A stretch of DNA of 33,387 nt, taken from the NCBI GenBank assembly GCA_910592345.1, contig CAJVPI010000009.1, positions 62,001-95,387 on the forward strand, written 5' to 3'. The position numbers and the translations under genes are program-made. This stretch comes from Paraglomus brasilianum. Lineage: Eukaryota. Each line of letters begins with the position of its first letter. Within the stretch, counting starts at the first letter, position 1. The notes under the pieces were generated by a model, which did not search any database, had not been told where the DNA came from, and saw only the letters and a list, made by a program, of their open reading frames with translations. Positions 22,548-33,387 of this stretch are shown here, one piece after another.

Positions 22548-24938
22548 TCAATTATTTTCTAAATTTCCGTACTTGGTCAAGTCATTATCCTCCACAAGTA
22601 ACTTTAGCCTGTCAAAATATACGCGTTTCTTAAATGGCTCCAAGTCATCTACCGTGTATCCATCTTTTAGCATCGCACGGTAATGTTCAAGAGCTTTCTC
22701 GGGCCTTTTCTGCCTCATGTGCATACCAATCATCCACGCATAAGCTCCCACATCAGGCTTGATTCCAGACTCTACTTGCATTGATCGAAACAGCCACTCG
22801 GCTTTCTTGTAATCTCTCTGAACAACATATCCACCAATCAAAGCAGTGTACCCCTTTACTAATTCTTTCATTTCTCTCTTTTGCATCTCTCTAAGGAATT
22901 TCTTTGCTTCACTAAAGTGGCCATTAATGGCTTTCAGATAAATTAGACCAGCGAACAAGGATGGATTTTGCAATCGTAGTCCGTAATTAGTCATTTTTTT
23001 ATACACTTTTCTCATGAGATTAGCGTTTTTCGCTTTATATGCGCCATCTAATAACATATTAAACTCGGATATAGTTGGAGTAGTGTTATATTTTTTACAT
23101 TGATCGAAGAAAAAGTTGCAAGCTTCCCTAATTCCTTTTGTATTAATCATGTGTGATGTCATTATAGCAAGAGTTCTGGAATGCATTCCACCATCAGAAA
23201 GTAATTCGTAGATTTGCCATGCGCTTTTAAGATAACCTGCCTCTAGGCTCATTTGTAATAAGGTGCGACATGTGACATCACTTGGTTGTATTCCCGCATC
23301 CTGCATCTCTTTGAAAAGTGTCTGTACATCGTCTATGGAGAACGACTTCATTCTGATATTATAATCAACCACACCTATCTCGTGCCCATGCTCGCAAATA
23401 TATCGATATATCTCTTTGATTTTCTCCTTGTCTCCTTGCTGGACCCAGTAATTAAGAAGATGTCTTAGTGTCAAATGGTTTGGTTGTAAATTAGCGGCAT
23501 ACAGTCTTTTTAAAGTATTTCTACATTCCTCGACATTTAGCTCTTCTGTGGCTATCATAAAATATATATGAAAAGTAGTGAGAGATGGCTCAAGGCCTAT
23601 CGCTTCCATGTCTGCTAGTACTTGACGCGCGTCTACTGTCAACCGGTCTCTTACCAAGCACTTGGCTAAGGCGTTGAACACGTAAGGCTTAAATTCTCCA
23701 TAAACGCCTTGAGACTTGGCGATATTGTATACTCGTAATGCGTCGGCGGGTCGCCTTAACCTGGAAAATAAGGCAGTATATTGACCCAAGAGTTTTTTTG
23801 AAAACAACACACCCCGCTTATCTGCACGTTCAAAAATTTTCTCGGCCTCTGTTGCCCATCCCTCTTTGATGCATCGAGATAGTGCATCAGCATATAATGA
23901 CATGGTTTTATCCTCTGTGGCGTGTTCGAGCAAGGCCAAAGCTCTATTGATATCTGACACGTTCAGACATGCATCAACCAGACTTTGCAACAATGCATGA
24001 ACCACTGGTGACGAAGATCCAGACAAGTGAGTGAAATAGACTTTGGTTGCCAAATCCACTCTGGATTCCTCGAGATAAATCCATATTAAGAAACTGGACA
24101 CATTTTCTACAACACGCGAATATGGTGCATCAAAATTAGCCAACTTGTTAGTAAAACTGTTTGTTAATGATAATTGATTAGACATCAACCCCTCGTTAAT
24201 AATACTCAAACACAGTTGAGCAGTCTCTCTGTAGAGTTTCTGCGAGAGAAGATTATTTATCAACGCTCCATATGCATAAATGTCCGCACGTCGGCCTCTT
24301 GTTCGCATTTCGATTAAATGGTTCACCGCACCCTGGATGTCACCATTAGTTGCAAGCAATCTTATCAAGACATTATAATCTTTGTCTGATGGAATGTAGT
24401 CTCTCTTTTTTAGCAGCTCTGAAACGTGAATAGCCTTCTCATAATCATTCTCCTCGCAGTATAATTGAATTAACAACGAATAGCTTGATTGCATCAGTCG
24501 AACGTCCGAGTCAAGCAGGTCTTCCAATAAACATATTGCTTTCTTTTTGCTAACGCGCTCAAGTATTTTTGCCAGCGTATCCAAGTGTCCAACGTTAGTC
24601 TTTTGAAGCAATCCTTCAACGCTCTTAATATTTTGATATAAATTCCATAGGACATCCGCATGCTTCCCTGGACCACTGTAAATAGCAGCCTTTAATTTAA
24701 TAACGTATGGATGTAGCTCTCCTTCGAGATATCTAGTGTTTACCTTTTCATCAATTGGAGAGCGTAACCTTGCCATGCGATTAGAACGTCGACGTTCAGG
24801 GCGAGACTTTCTGTTGCGGCGTGCAGTAGCAAAAGCATTTCCTATTCGACTATCGCTCATCATGCTCACATGGCGGACATTTTTAGATACGGTCAATCTA
24901 TTCATGGCAAAGAACAAGGGACTGAACGAAATCTTCAT
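22548..24938 (-). CDS. Pentatricopeptide repeat (PPR) protein, probably mitochondrial; single exon (first ATG at 24938)
   Basis: Repeated ~35-aa helical units (YNVLIRLLATNGDIQGAVNHLIEMRTRGRRADIYAYGALI; LFKEMQDAGIQPSDVTCRTLL; GIKPDVGAYAWMI). Arg/Ser-rich, acid-poor N-terminus. Confidence 0.9.
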   Translation of the reverse strand: MKISFSPLFFAMNRLTVSKNVRHVSMMSDSRIGNAFATARRNRKSRPERRRSNRMARLRSPIDEKVNTRYLEGELHPYVIKLKAAIYSGPGKHADVLWNLYQNIKSVEGLLQKTNVGHLDTLAKILERVSKKKAICLLEDLLDSDVRLMQSSYSLLIQLYCEENDYEKAIHVSELLKKRDYIPSDKDYNVLIRLLATNGDIQGAVNHLIEMRTRGRRADIYAYGALINNLLSQKLYRETAQLCLSIINEGLMSNQLSLTNSFTNKLANFDAPYSRVVENVSSFLIWIYLEESRVDLATKVYFTHLSGSSSPVVHALLQSLVDACLNVSDINRALALLEHATEDKTMSLYADALSRCIKEGWATEAEKIFERADKRGVLFSKKLLGQYTALFSRLRRPADALRVYNIAKSQGVYGEFKPYVFNALAKCLVRDRLTVDARQVLADMEAIGLEPSLTTFHIYFMIATEELNVEECRNTLKRLYAANLQPNHLTLRHLLNYWVQQGDKEKIKEIYRYICEHGHEIGVVDYNIRMKSFSIDDVQTLFKEMQDAGIQPSDVTCRTLLQMSLEAGYLKSAWQIYELLSDGGMHSRTLAIMTSHMINTKGIREACNFFFDQCKKYNTTPTISEFNMLLDGAYKAKNANLMRKVYKKMTNYGLRLQNPSLFAGLIYLKAINGHFSEAKKFLREMQKREMKELVKGYTALIGGYVVQRDYKKAEWLFRSMQVESGIKPDVGAYAWMIGMHMRQKRPEKALEHYRAMLKDGYTVDDLEPFKKRVYFDRLKLLVEDNDLTKYGNLENN

Positions 24939-26073
24939 CGTAAACAAGAGAAATGGCAATAACCAAATCTCTACAATAATAAAGCTTACAAAAACTAGCT
25001 ATTGGAACAATCAGACATTCTCCGTCAAAATGTCATTGTTGCTTGTACGTTTCTGATCTGGTATGTAATGCCAATAATGTAAATTTGTGCCGGCGGATTG
25101 AAAAATTCGATGATAACAAAGATCTATCAATCTTTTTTAATTGGCGTAACGATTATTTGTTTAGTAACACAGATGCATTCTGTGTAACATTATTGGTAAA
25201 CTCAAATTCTCGTTGTTATTATTATTATTGTTATAGTCAGAAGCATGTAAATTGCGCGCGTAATGAACTTCATGTCTTGAAGAGGCTTGTTATTCTGCAT
25301 ACGGTGATAAACCAATTAAAATATGACTATTATTATTCTCGTGTGCAGATCAAGACAGTATTTGGTTCGATAATTAATTATTTGCGGCGTACATGTTTGA
25401 TCTTTATCCGAGTTTAGGATAAAATACAAACTTAAAAGACTAATCAATAGAAAAGATAATTTTTGCAAGCAAAGAATGGGTCCGCTCGAAAGTTATTGGT
25501 GGGAATTGACCGTTGCGTTTAGGAACAAAGTCTGTTTCAATTCTATTTGGTTTCTAACACAATGACACTGTCAAGTTTGTGGCAACACATCATCATCAGT
25601 AGCAGTTTTGCTATACGTAATCAACAACCGATTGTGGAGCGTGTGAAAGAACAATGTGTGTTGCAATCCTATTAGCCAGGTCCAAGTGAATAAGTATGAC
25701 GAAAGCCTGCAACAACGACATCCTTTGATTGTTATATACGGTATATCGATGTATATCTAAGAATCTGGAATGTAGTAACTCAATCGGGAATCAAAATGGT
25801 TAAGCAAGTTAAGCACGTGATGCAATATATCCAATAATAGTAATATACCATCAGTTACACACAGGGAGGACAGTGCACAAACGCTTAACTTGGAATCCCC
25901 ATTCACATTCTCTCTCACGTCCATCTGGGACGATTTATCTCTTTACTCCTCCAATACTCCTCCAACACTCCTCTCTATCTAATCCTACAGCTACGAACCA
26001 CAATAAGAGTCGTGACACAGTCGTAGAATAATTAATTGTGGAATTAAAGCCGTCAGCATTAGAGACTTTAAAC

Positions 26074-27190
26074 ATGCCTATTACTGAAGAAAGCCAATCC
26101 AAGGGAAAGGGTGAGTTGCGATGCAATTACTGGAAATATTACTACAAAGACGCGTTTGCCACAGAGTCTGCACGTCTTTAAGCGTTTGTTTATTAGATAT
26201 GATGAGTAAACGAACTGTTAAATTTACATAGAACCACAAAGAGGAGTTTTTTCTTCATTCGTTGATGACGTGCTCATCTCATTGAATTCCTGCGATGACA
26301 ATTCTACCCAACATCGATATACTTCGCCGCCGCCACCTCCACCGATTAGAGATGAAGTGGATATACTACTCTGTGATATGGACATTCCATCAACATCAAC
26401 AAATTCTGTGAAACCTTTTAATAGGAAAGTCGAAAGAACGGATACATGGCGTGCTAATGAGTATTCGAACCATTATTCAGGCTGGGATCCTAAAAGACAC
26501 CAGCCTAATATACAATCCCAGTCACCAGTGTACGACGACTACGCTTATCGATATAGGAACGCCACTTGGTATAGAACGCCCACTACCAAGAATTTGCACT
26601 CTAGTTATTCCCCTGCGTGCGATAATTACATACCAGATGCATATAGTCCACATTGTCATTCACCTCGCCATAATACGAGTCACCAGTCCAGCTACTATTC
26701 ACCTCCCCCTCCCCCTCCCCCTCCCTCTCCCCCTTCCTCTCCCCCTTCTCCTCCACCTCCTCCTCCCCGGAAATGTTACACGTTCTGTGAGATGTTGGCT
26801 TATTCAATGTCGCCAGCGGCTCGTACAATCGTGAATGGCTTCTCGCCCGAAGCATTGAACCTTTTGCAAACGGACAGTTGTAAAAAATCTGGGACATTTC
26901 CTCCTCATTTCGAGTGTAAAGCGTATCCATTAAATACCCCGGGAGTGTGTAATAAGGTGATTCTGAGTTCTGGGGTTTCTAAAGATGACCTCTCAAACGG
27001 AATGTACATTATCCCACCACACAGATCAGGCGTCCTTTACAACGCCGAGGAATTCATGAATCTCTTTCTCGACGCTCAGAATAGGTGGGCTCGATTAGTT
27101 TCAGTAAAGGAATGGTATATTAGGAAGATTAAGAGGAGGAATGGAAAAAGGGTAAGAAGGGTAAACCCGAGTATGGGTGGATGGTATTAA
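26074..27190 (+). CDS. Proline-rich hypothetical protein (331 aa); exons 26074-26110 and 26232-27190
   Basis: ATG at 26074, a strong G|GTGAGT donor and a CATAG acceptor join in phase 1 to the long ORF. No family recognised. Confidence 0.65.
26702..26767 (+). repeat. C-rich low-complexity (CCT/CCC)n tract encoding poly-Pro/Ser
   Basis: CCTCCCCCTCCCCCTCCC... encoding PPPPPPPPSPPSSPPSPPPPPP. Confidence 0.85.
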
Positions 27191-27730
27191 TGCGTATGCT
27201 ACATTCTCCATGTAATTAAATCATTAGTATATTCAGCATACTTACTGTAGGCTTAATGTTTGTCATTCGACCAATATGTTGTCAAACGAGAATGTTGGGC
27301 TGATGTGTGACATACATACTGTATAAACCGATAATATGTGATAATCTAAATTGATCATCTGTGAAAGATGCGCCTTTTAATTTGTTCCAGTATGTCGTCT
27401 CAGATGTGTGAGAAACATGATTCACAAGATTATTCGTCATAAAGCGTAGAAGTGCCGAAAAAAGATCCAGATCTAATTTACCGCAGTCGTAGAGACCAAA
27501 GAAATCTATCAATCTCATTATAGATCCAATTATGGATCTATTCTATTATTTGCTTAGACGTTATCGCCTGAAGATAATTGTTTATTGTTGACACATTGTT
27601 TAATGCATTGGCCGTTTGATGGTTGATAATCAACGATGCTCTCAAGGTTTGATCGTTGATCATCACAATCTAAACCATTCATATAAATACACCTCGCTTT
27701 TGCCCATTAAACTGTATTAACTCTCCAGCA

Positions 27731-29459
27731 ATGTCGAAAGGTCGTGTTCTATTAGCTTACTCTGGCGGTCTTGATACATCCTGCATTCTTGTATGGTTGA
27801 TTGAGCAAGGATATGAAGTCCTTGCGTATATGGCAAATATTGGGCAAGAAGAAGATTTCGAAGCTGCGACGGCCAAAGCCCTAAGCATAGGAGCAAAGAA
27901 AGTTTTCGTCGAAGTACGTAAGAGACCAAATTTATTTAAGCGAGCTGAAAAGTAACAAGTATTTTTATTAAATATTTTTCTATCATTTTAAAATTCTAGG
28001 ACCTGCGACGCGCTTTCGTCGAGGAGTTGATTTATCCAGCTATTCAAGCAAATGCCATTTATGAGGTATCTATAAACAAAATGTCTTACCAAAAATGTCT
28101 TGACAGCGTATATGTCTAACGTGAAACAAATAATTTCTCATTAGAACATCTATCTCTTGGGTACGTCGCTTGCAAGACCAGTTATCGCAAGAAGCCAAGT
28201 ATGTTGAGTTTACAGTTTCCTGGTGCTTGCTTGGTTTAAATTCGTCTTACACAACCTTTACTCTTAAAAATACTACTACCCTTACTAAAGAATTTATTTA
28301 TTCGATCAATAGATTGACATTGCGATCAAGGAAGACTGCCAATTTGTCTCTCACGGGTGCACTGGAAAAGGCAATGATCAAGTTCGCTTTGAATTGGCAT
28401 ATTATGCTTTAAAACCAGACATCAAAGTCATCGCGCCCTGGCGTATGCCTGAATTTTATGAACGCTTCCCCGGACGTCAAAGTCTTATTGCTTATGCGAC
28501 TGAAAAAGGTATTCCCGTCGTGCAAACAGTGGCTAAACCTTGGTCCACCGATGAGGTAAGAAGTAAGACTGTGTATACAATCACGTAGAATGAGAATACC
28601 AATTGTAATGCATGCCAGCACTAACTCGATCATTTTATAATTTCATTATAGAACTTGTTCCATATTTCTTACGAAGCTGGTATCTTGGAAGACCCTGGAA
28701 AGACTCCTTACAAGGATATGTGGAAACTCACTGTCGCTCCCGAAGACGCTCCTGATACTCCTGAGCGCATTGTAAGTAATAAGGATGTGGGATACTGTAT
28801 TCATATTTTTGTTGTAACGACACGGCATGCTCACAAGTTGTAATGTCACCCAGCAATTACTCATAGTCTCATCTTAATACCTCTACAAACAGATAATAAC
28901 TTTCGAAAAGGGAAAACCAACTCGAATAGCAAACAAGAATGACGGCACCATAATAACCGATCCACTCGATCTGTTCGTCTACCTAAACACGCTCGGTCGT
29001 CGTAATGGCATTGGTCGCGTGGATATTGTGGAATCGCGATTTATTGGCCTTAAATCGCGTGGATGTTACGAAACACCTGGAGGTACCATTCTCCGTGCAG
29101 CCCACCTAGATCTCGAAGGGCTTACTATAGATGGTCAAGTACGCCATCTGAAGGATGTAAACATCAGCATACCATTTGGTAGATTATTATACAATGGGTT
29201 GTATTTCTCACCGGAAAGAGAGTTCTTGTTGCACTCCCTAGAATTTACGCAAAGGAATGTTAATGGTGAAGTACATCTGAAGCTATACAAGGGTAGTGTA
29301 ACGGTTGAGGGAAGGAAGGCAGTTGGAGATGGTGCCAAGTTGTACAATGAAGTAGAGAGTTCTATGGATGTGCAAGGAGGATTGACGCCGACTGATGCCG
29401 GCGGATTCATCAGGACTCACGCGATCAGACTCAGAAAATGGACTCCCTCAAAGCAGTAA
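27731..29459 (+). CDS. ARG1: Argininosuccinate synthase; exons 27731-27913, 28000-28065, 28145-28198, 28313-28555, 28652-28771, 28893-29459
   Basis: [59 protein letters not shown] and [16 protein letters not shown]. Five phase-0 GT-AG introns. TATAAA near 27682. Confidence 0.97.
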
Positions 29460-30707
29460 CTTTTTTTTTGGTGGATCTCGGCAAGGACATTGATTTTCAC
29501 TCTGGGAACTGTTTGATTATTGGGTGTCATATATAGTATATTAAATAGGATGTCATTTGTTTGGTAGGGAGAGGGGGGACTATCGCTATACATAGCGCAA
29601 ATTTCTACTAAAATTTTACTTGATAGCCTGATTTAGAGCTTTTGCCCTTTCTCCGGCCCATTATATATAACAAACAGCATATAATTTCATTAAAACAAAA
29701 AACGACTTTTATGCATACTCTCACGACTGTTTGTTATGATTTTGACTGTATTACTTTCTTCCAATCGTTGAATATATCCTGGAAGTATTCACACACCGTC
29801 AACTAAGGCTTACTGCTTCCATGAATAGGAGTATGAGATTGATTGCAATCAAAGGTTATTTTACGTTATATTCCGCGGAATTGTTGTACGTGATGATCAA
29901 CATACTCGATTATATCACTTCACAAATTTATTAGTCGCTTAAACTAATATTCTGCTATGATGGATAATATTATCGAGATAAACAGTTATATCGTTCATTA
30001 TAATCTATTTAGAGATGGTCCAGAGAACAAATGTAACACTAAGAAAAAGTCACGCTTAAGAGAGGCGATTATGTTCGCGTTAAGATTTCACGAGTTGACA
30101 GAAGACGGCGTGAGGGGGAAATCACTAATATTAAATAGTTGACAGAGGCCAATATAAACTTGGTTATAGTTCAGGAACATTAGACATCTAAATGATTTAG
30201 TCAAGATACAGTAGTTTCTGGAATGGTTGTCAGCTCAGGAAGTAACAAATCAATAACTGGCAACACTAGCAACAAAAATATGTTTTCGCGGCTCAATCGG
30301 TTTAAGTTGGTATACAAGACAATAATTTTTTGTTTAAAAGTATGTACCGCACCTTCATAATATAAGGGGGCTCTTATTCACGAGATGCCTTAAACTATAT
30401 TTCATACTGCAACAAAAACATGTGACGTCACTTTCAACCATTCGCTTCACCTAAAAGTACAAAAAAATAAATTGAAAAGTGAGCTAAGACAAAAAACAGA
30501 TAAATAGAGGATTGTTCATTGCAAGCAATAAAGCACAGTTTTCGAATCGTCTAGCATAATGGCAAGGCGAGAATCAGCTTTTCCTTTTTTATTTACTTTT
30601 AGTGAAAGGCACCTTTGCACAATGCCAGGAAAGCAACGTTATTTTTGAGAATGGAAAGGTCTTTCTCGCAGTCAATTGATAAAGGTTTTTGCCCTGCCAA
30701 ACCAAAA

Positions 30708-30800
30708 TACAGTCAACTCTCCCTAAATGCACACCCTCGGGACTGAAAAGTTGAGAGCGTGCATTTAAGGATAATATATTAATATATGTGTGCATATTGT
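30708..30800 (+). mobile_element. Isolated pogo/Tigger-like terminal sequence
   Basis: TA-CAGTCAACTCTCCCTAAATGCACAC ... GTGCATTTAAGG internal inverted repeat, plus a third partial copy GTGTGCAT near 30788. Confidence 0.5.
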
Positions 30801-32044
30801 TTCACAATATTGTGGAGATCTCGTAGCATTAATATACGAAAGTTCCTCGGGTTGTCAAGAAAAGCAAGTTCGTATAAATGAATTACATCTATGCCACGTC
30901 TAGCTCTAAAGATTATTACAGGCCAATGTCAACAACGCATTGATAGATGCAGGACATCAGTTCAATTGCTTTAAATTTCCACTGATAATAAAACGTGAAA
31001 TTAATATTATCGTTTATTTAATCATTACTTAAAATTTTGTTAGGCCCTCGGTTATTTGAAATTCATATTGCATAACCTTAAACCTTGCCTTGTATTCTCT
31101 TAGTTCTTTATTTGAAGGTGGAGTATCTTAACCCCTGTAATAAAGTGTCACGCTAATGTTGGGAAGAGTATTTCATTCCACTATTCTCTATTCCACAGAT
31201 CTAACACTTCAGTCTTCGCAAGGCTAATTTACCTAATAATAGTAATCGTAATAGCAACATTGGAATACTAATACGTCTACATTTCTTTATGATCAGTATT
31301 AAATATTAATATAACTGAACACGTCTTTTAATCGTTCATGCTGTGTCCATATATTATTGAAAGTCAAAGACGTTCCCTCGTGGCTGTGCCTCTGACATTT
31401 TTTTACTGTTATAATATGGTATGTATAATCGCATCTATTACTATATAATGTCCGCTGCGATACCTTAGCATGTGGAAGTCATCATACTTCCTCCACTTAG
31501 ATAGTTGAATAGACAACAATCAGTTTCAATGTTCAAACAAGATGATAGATAATTTCGATAGACATCACTCTCTTGGCTAAATATCCGACATCTTATACGC
31601 ATTTTTCCAAGTCTCTATTATGTAGTTCACACATCCTGTAAGCGCAATCTTTTTCTACCAACTCCCTCAAACATCACTCCTACATGTCACATGAACATTC
31701 TATTGTACGTTCACTTCCCTCCCCTAACTAAACCCCACCCATACATGCACGCACACGCACATCGTCATCGAATTCTCCTATGTATATCAGATAAACGTCC
31801 ATTGTGCATCATCCCAAGTATTCTGTTATGCGCTCTCTCGTCAACATAAAAGCTGCTCGTAAACTTATTGATTCCACTATAATGTACTAGTACGTGGTGA
31901 TAGACAGCAACGGTGACAGTACATTCAATCAATCGTATTGATCCTGCAAACATCAGCACCGTATAGATCCTACGCTTGCATGCATTATTCCATATCGATC
32001 AGGAGGCAAGGCTATTATTACAGATCCATAAGCAAGCAGCATTA

Positions 32045-33137
<1,093 letters not shown>

Positions 33138-33238
33138 TTTTTGCCTGACGGTCAAAGTTCACAAAGTAAAGAATTCTATTGACACGTGGTTATTACAGAA
33201 AGTACATTTATTAGGCTTAGAATAATTAATGTACTGTA

Positions 33239-33343
33239 TGTTCTGGCCCGTAGCGAAATTCAGCCCGATTCAAAATCGGGCTGGCCCAGTTCATTTTATT
33301 TCGCTATTATTGTTCTGGCCCGTTGCGAAATCCAGCCCGATTC
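33239..33343. repeat. Two 33-bp direct repeats (period 72) with nested palindromes
   Basis: TGTTCTGGCCCGT(A/T)GCGAAAT(T/C)CAGCCCGATTC at 33239-33271 and 33311-33343. Perfect inverted repeat CAGCCCGATT/AATCGGGCTG at 33261-33283. Confidence 0.8.
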
Positions 33344-33387
33344 GCAATAGGCACATTGTCTAATATCACAACCAATAAGCGACATCT

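Noticed and set aside
26451..26930. Overlapping ORFs with (LP)n and (EG)n repeats
   Set aside because: Alternative-frame and antisense shadows of the poly-proline tract.
27282..27541. 78-aa minus-strand ORF with an upstream ATAGATCCA/TGGATCTAT hairpin
   Set aside because: No recognisable motif or splice support; the length is within chance expectation.
28066..28144. ARG1 intron 2 donor GTATCT as a possible GT-AG U12 intron
   Set aside because: It lacks the CCTT of the U12 consensus and has a U2-type CTAAC branch site.
31500..31690. FSQESDVY kinase-like peptide on the minus strand
   Set aside because: A single short motif without flanking kinase subdomains; insufficient support.
33239..33343. 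CRISPR-like dimensions (33-bp repeat, 39-bp spacer)
   Set aside because: Only two units, a eukaryotic context, no cas genes, and the spacer is itself part of the palindrome.

Overview
Intron-rich, AT-rich eukaryotic DNA from an early-diverging fungus, most plausibly a Glomeromycota (arbuscular mycorrhizal) genome. This is inferred from the SEL1-repeat and Crinkler/kinase remnants, the Tc1 family style and a U12 intron; it was not confirmed by any search. Intact genes: a PNRC/Edc1-like decapping activator (5'-partial), a 4-exon proteinase-B-like subtilisin, CUE3/ASCC2 (7 exons), TAF13, PHS1, eRF3 (13 exons), an intronless mitochondrial-type PPR protein, a proline-rich orphan and argininosuccinate synthase. 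About 7.4-12.8 kb is a nested transposon graveyard (three Tc1-type deletion derivatives/MITEs, pogo remnants, an L1/Tx1 LINE fragment, a kinase pseudogene). The right end holds an interrupted alpha-tubulin pseudogene. The most notable observations are an AT-AC minor-spliceosome intron in CUE3/ASCC2 and a strong CpG-deamination signature in the tubulin pseudogene. I found no convincing wholly new multi-gene system. All exon boundaries were derived by hand from splice motifs, reading frame and protein-family recall.
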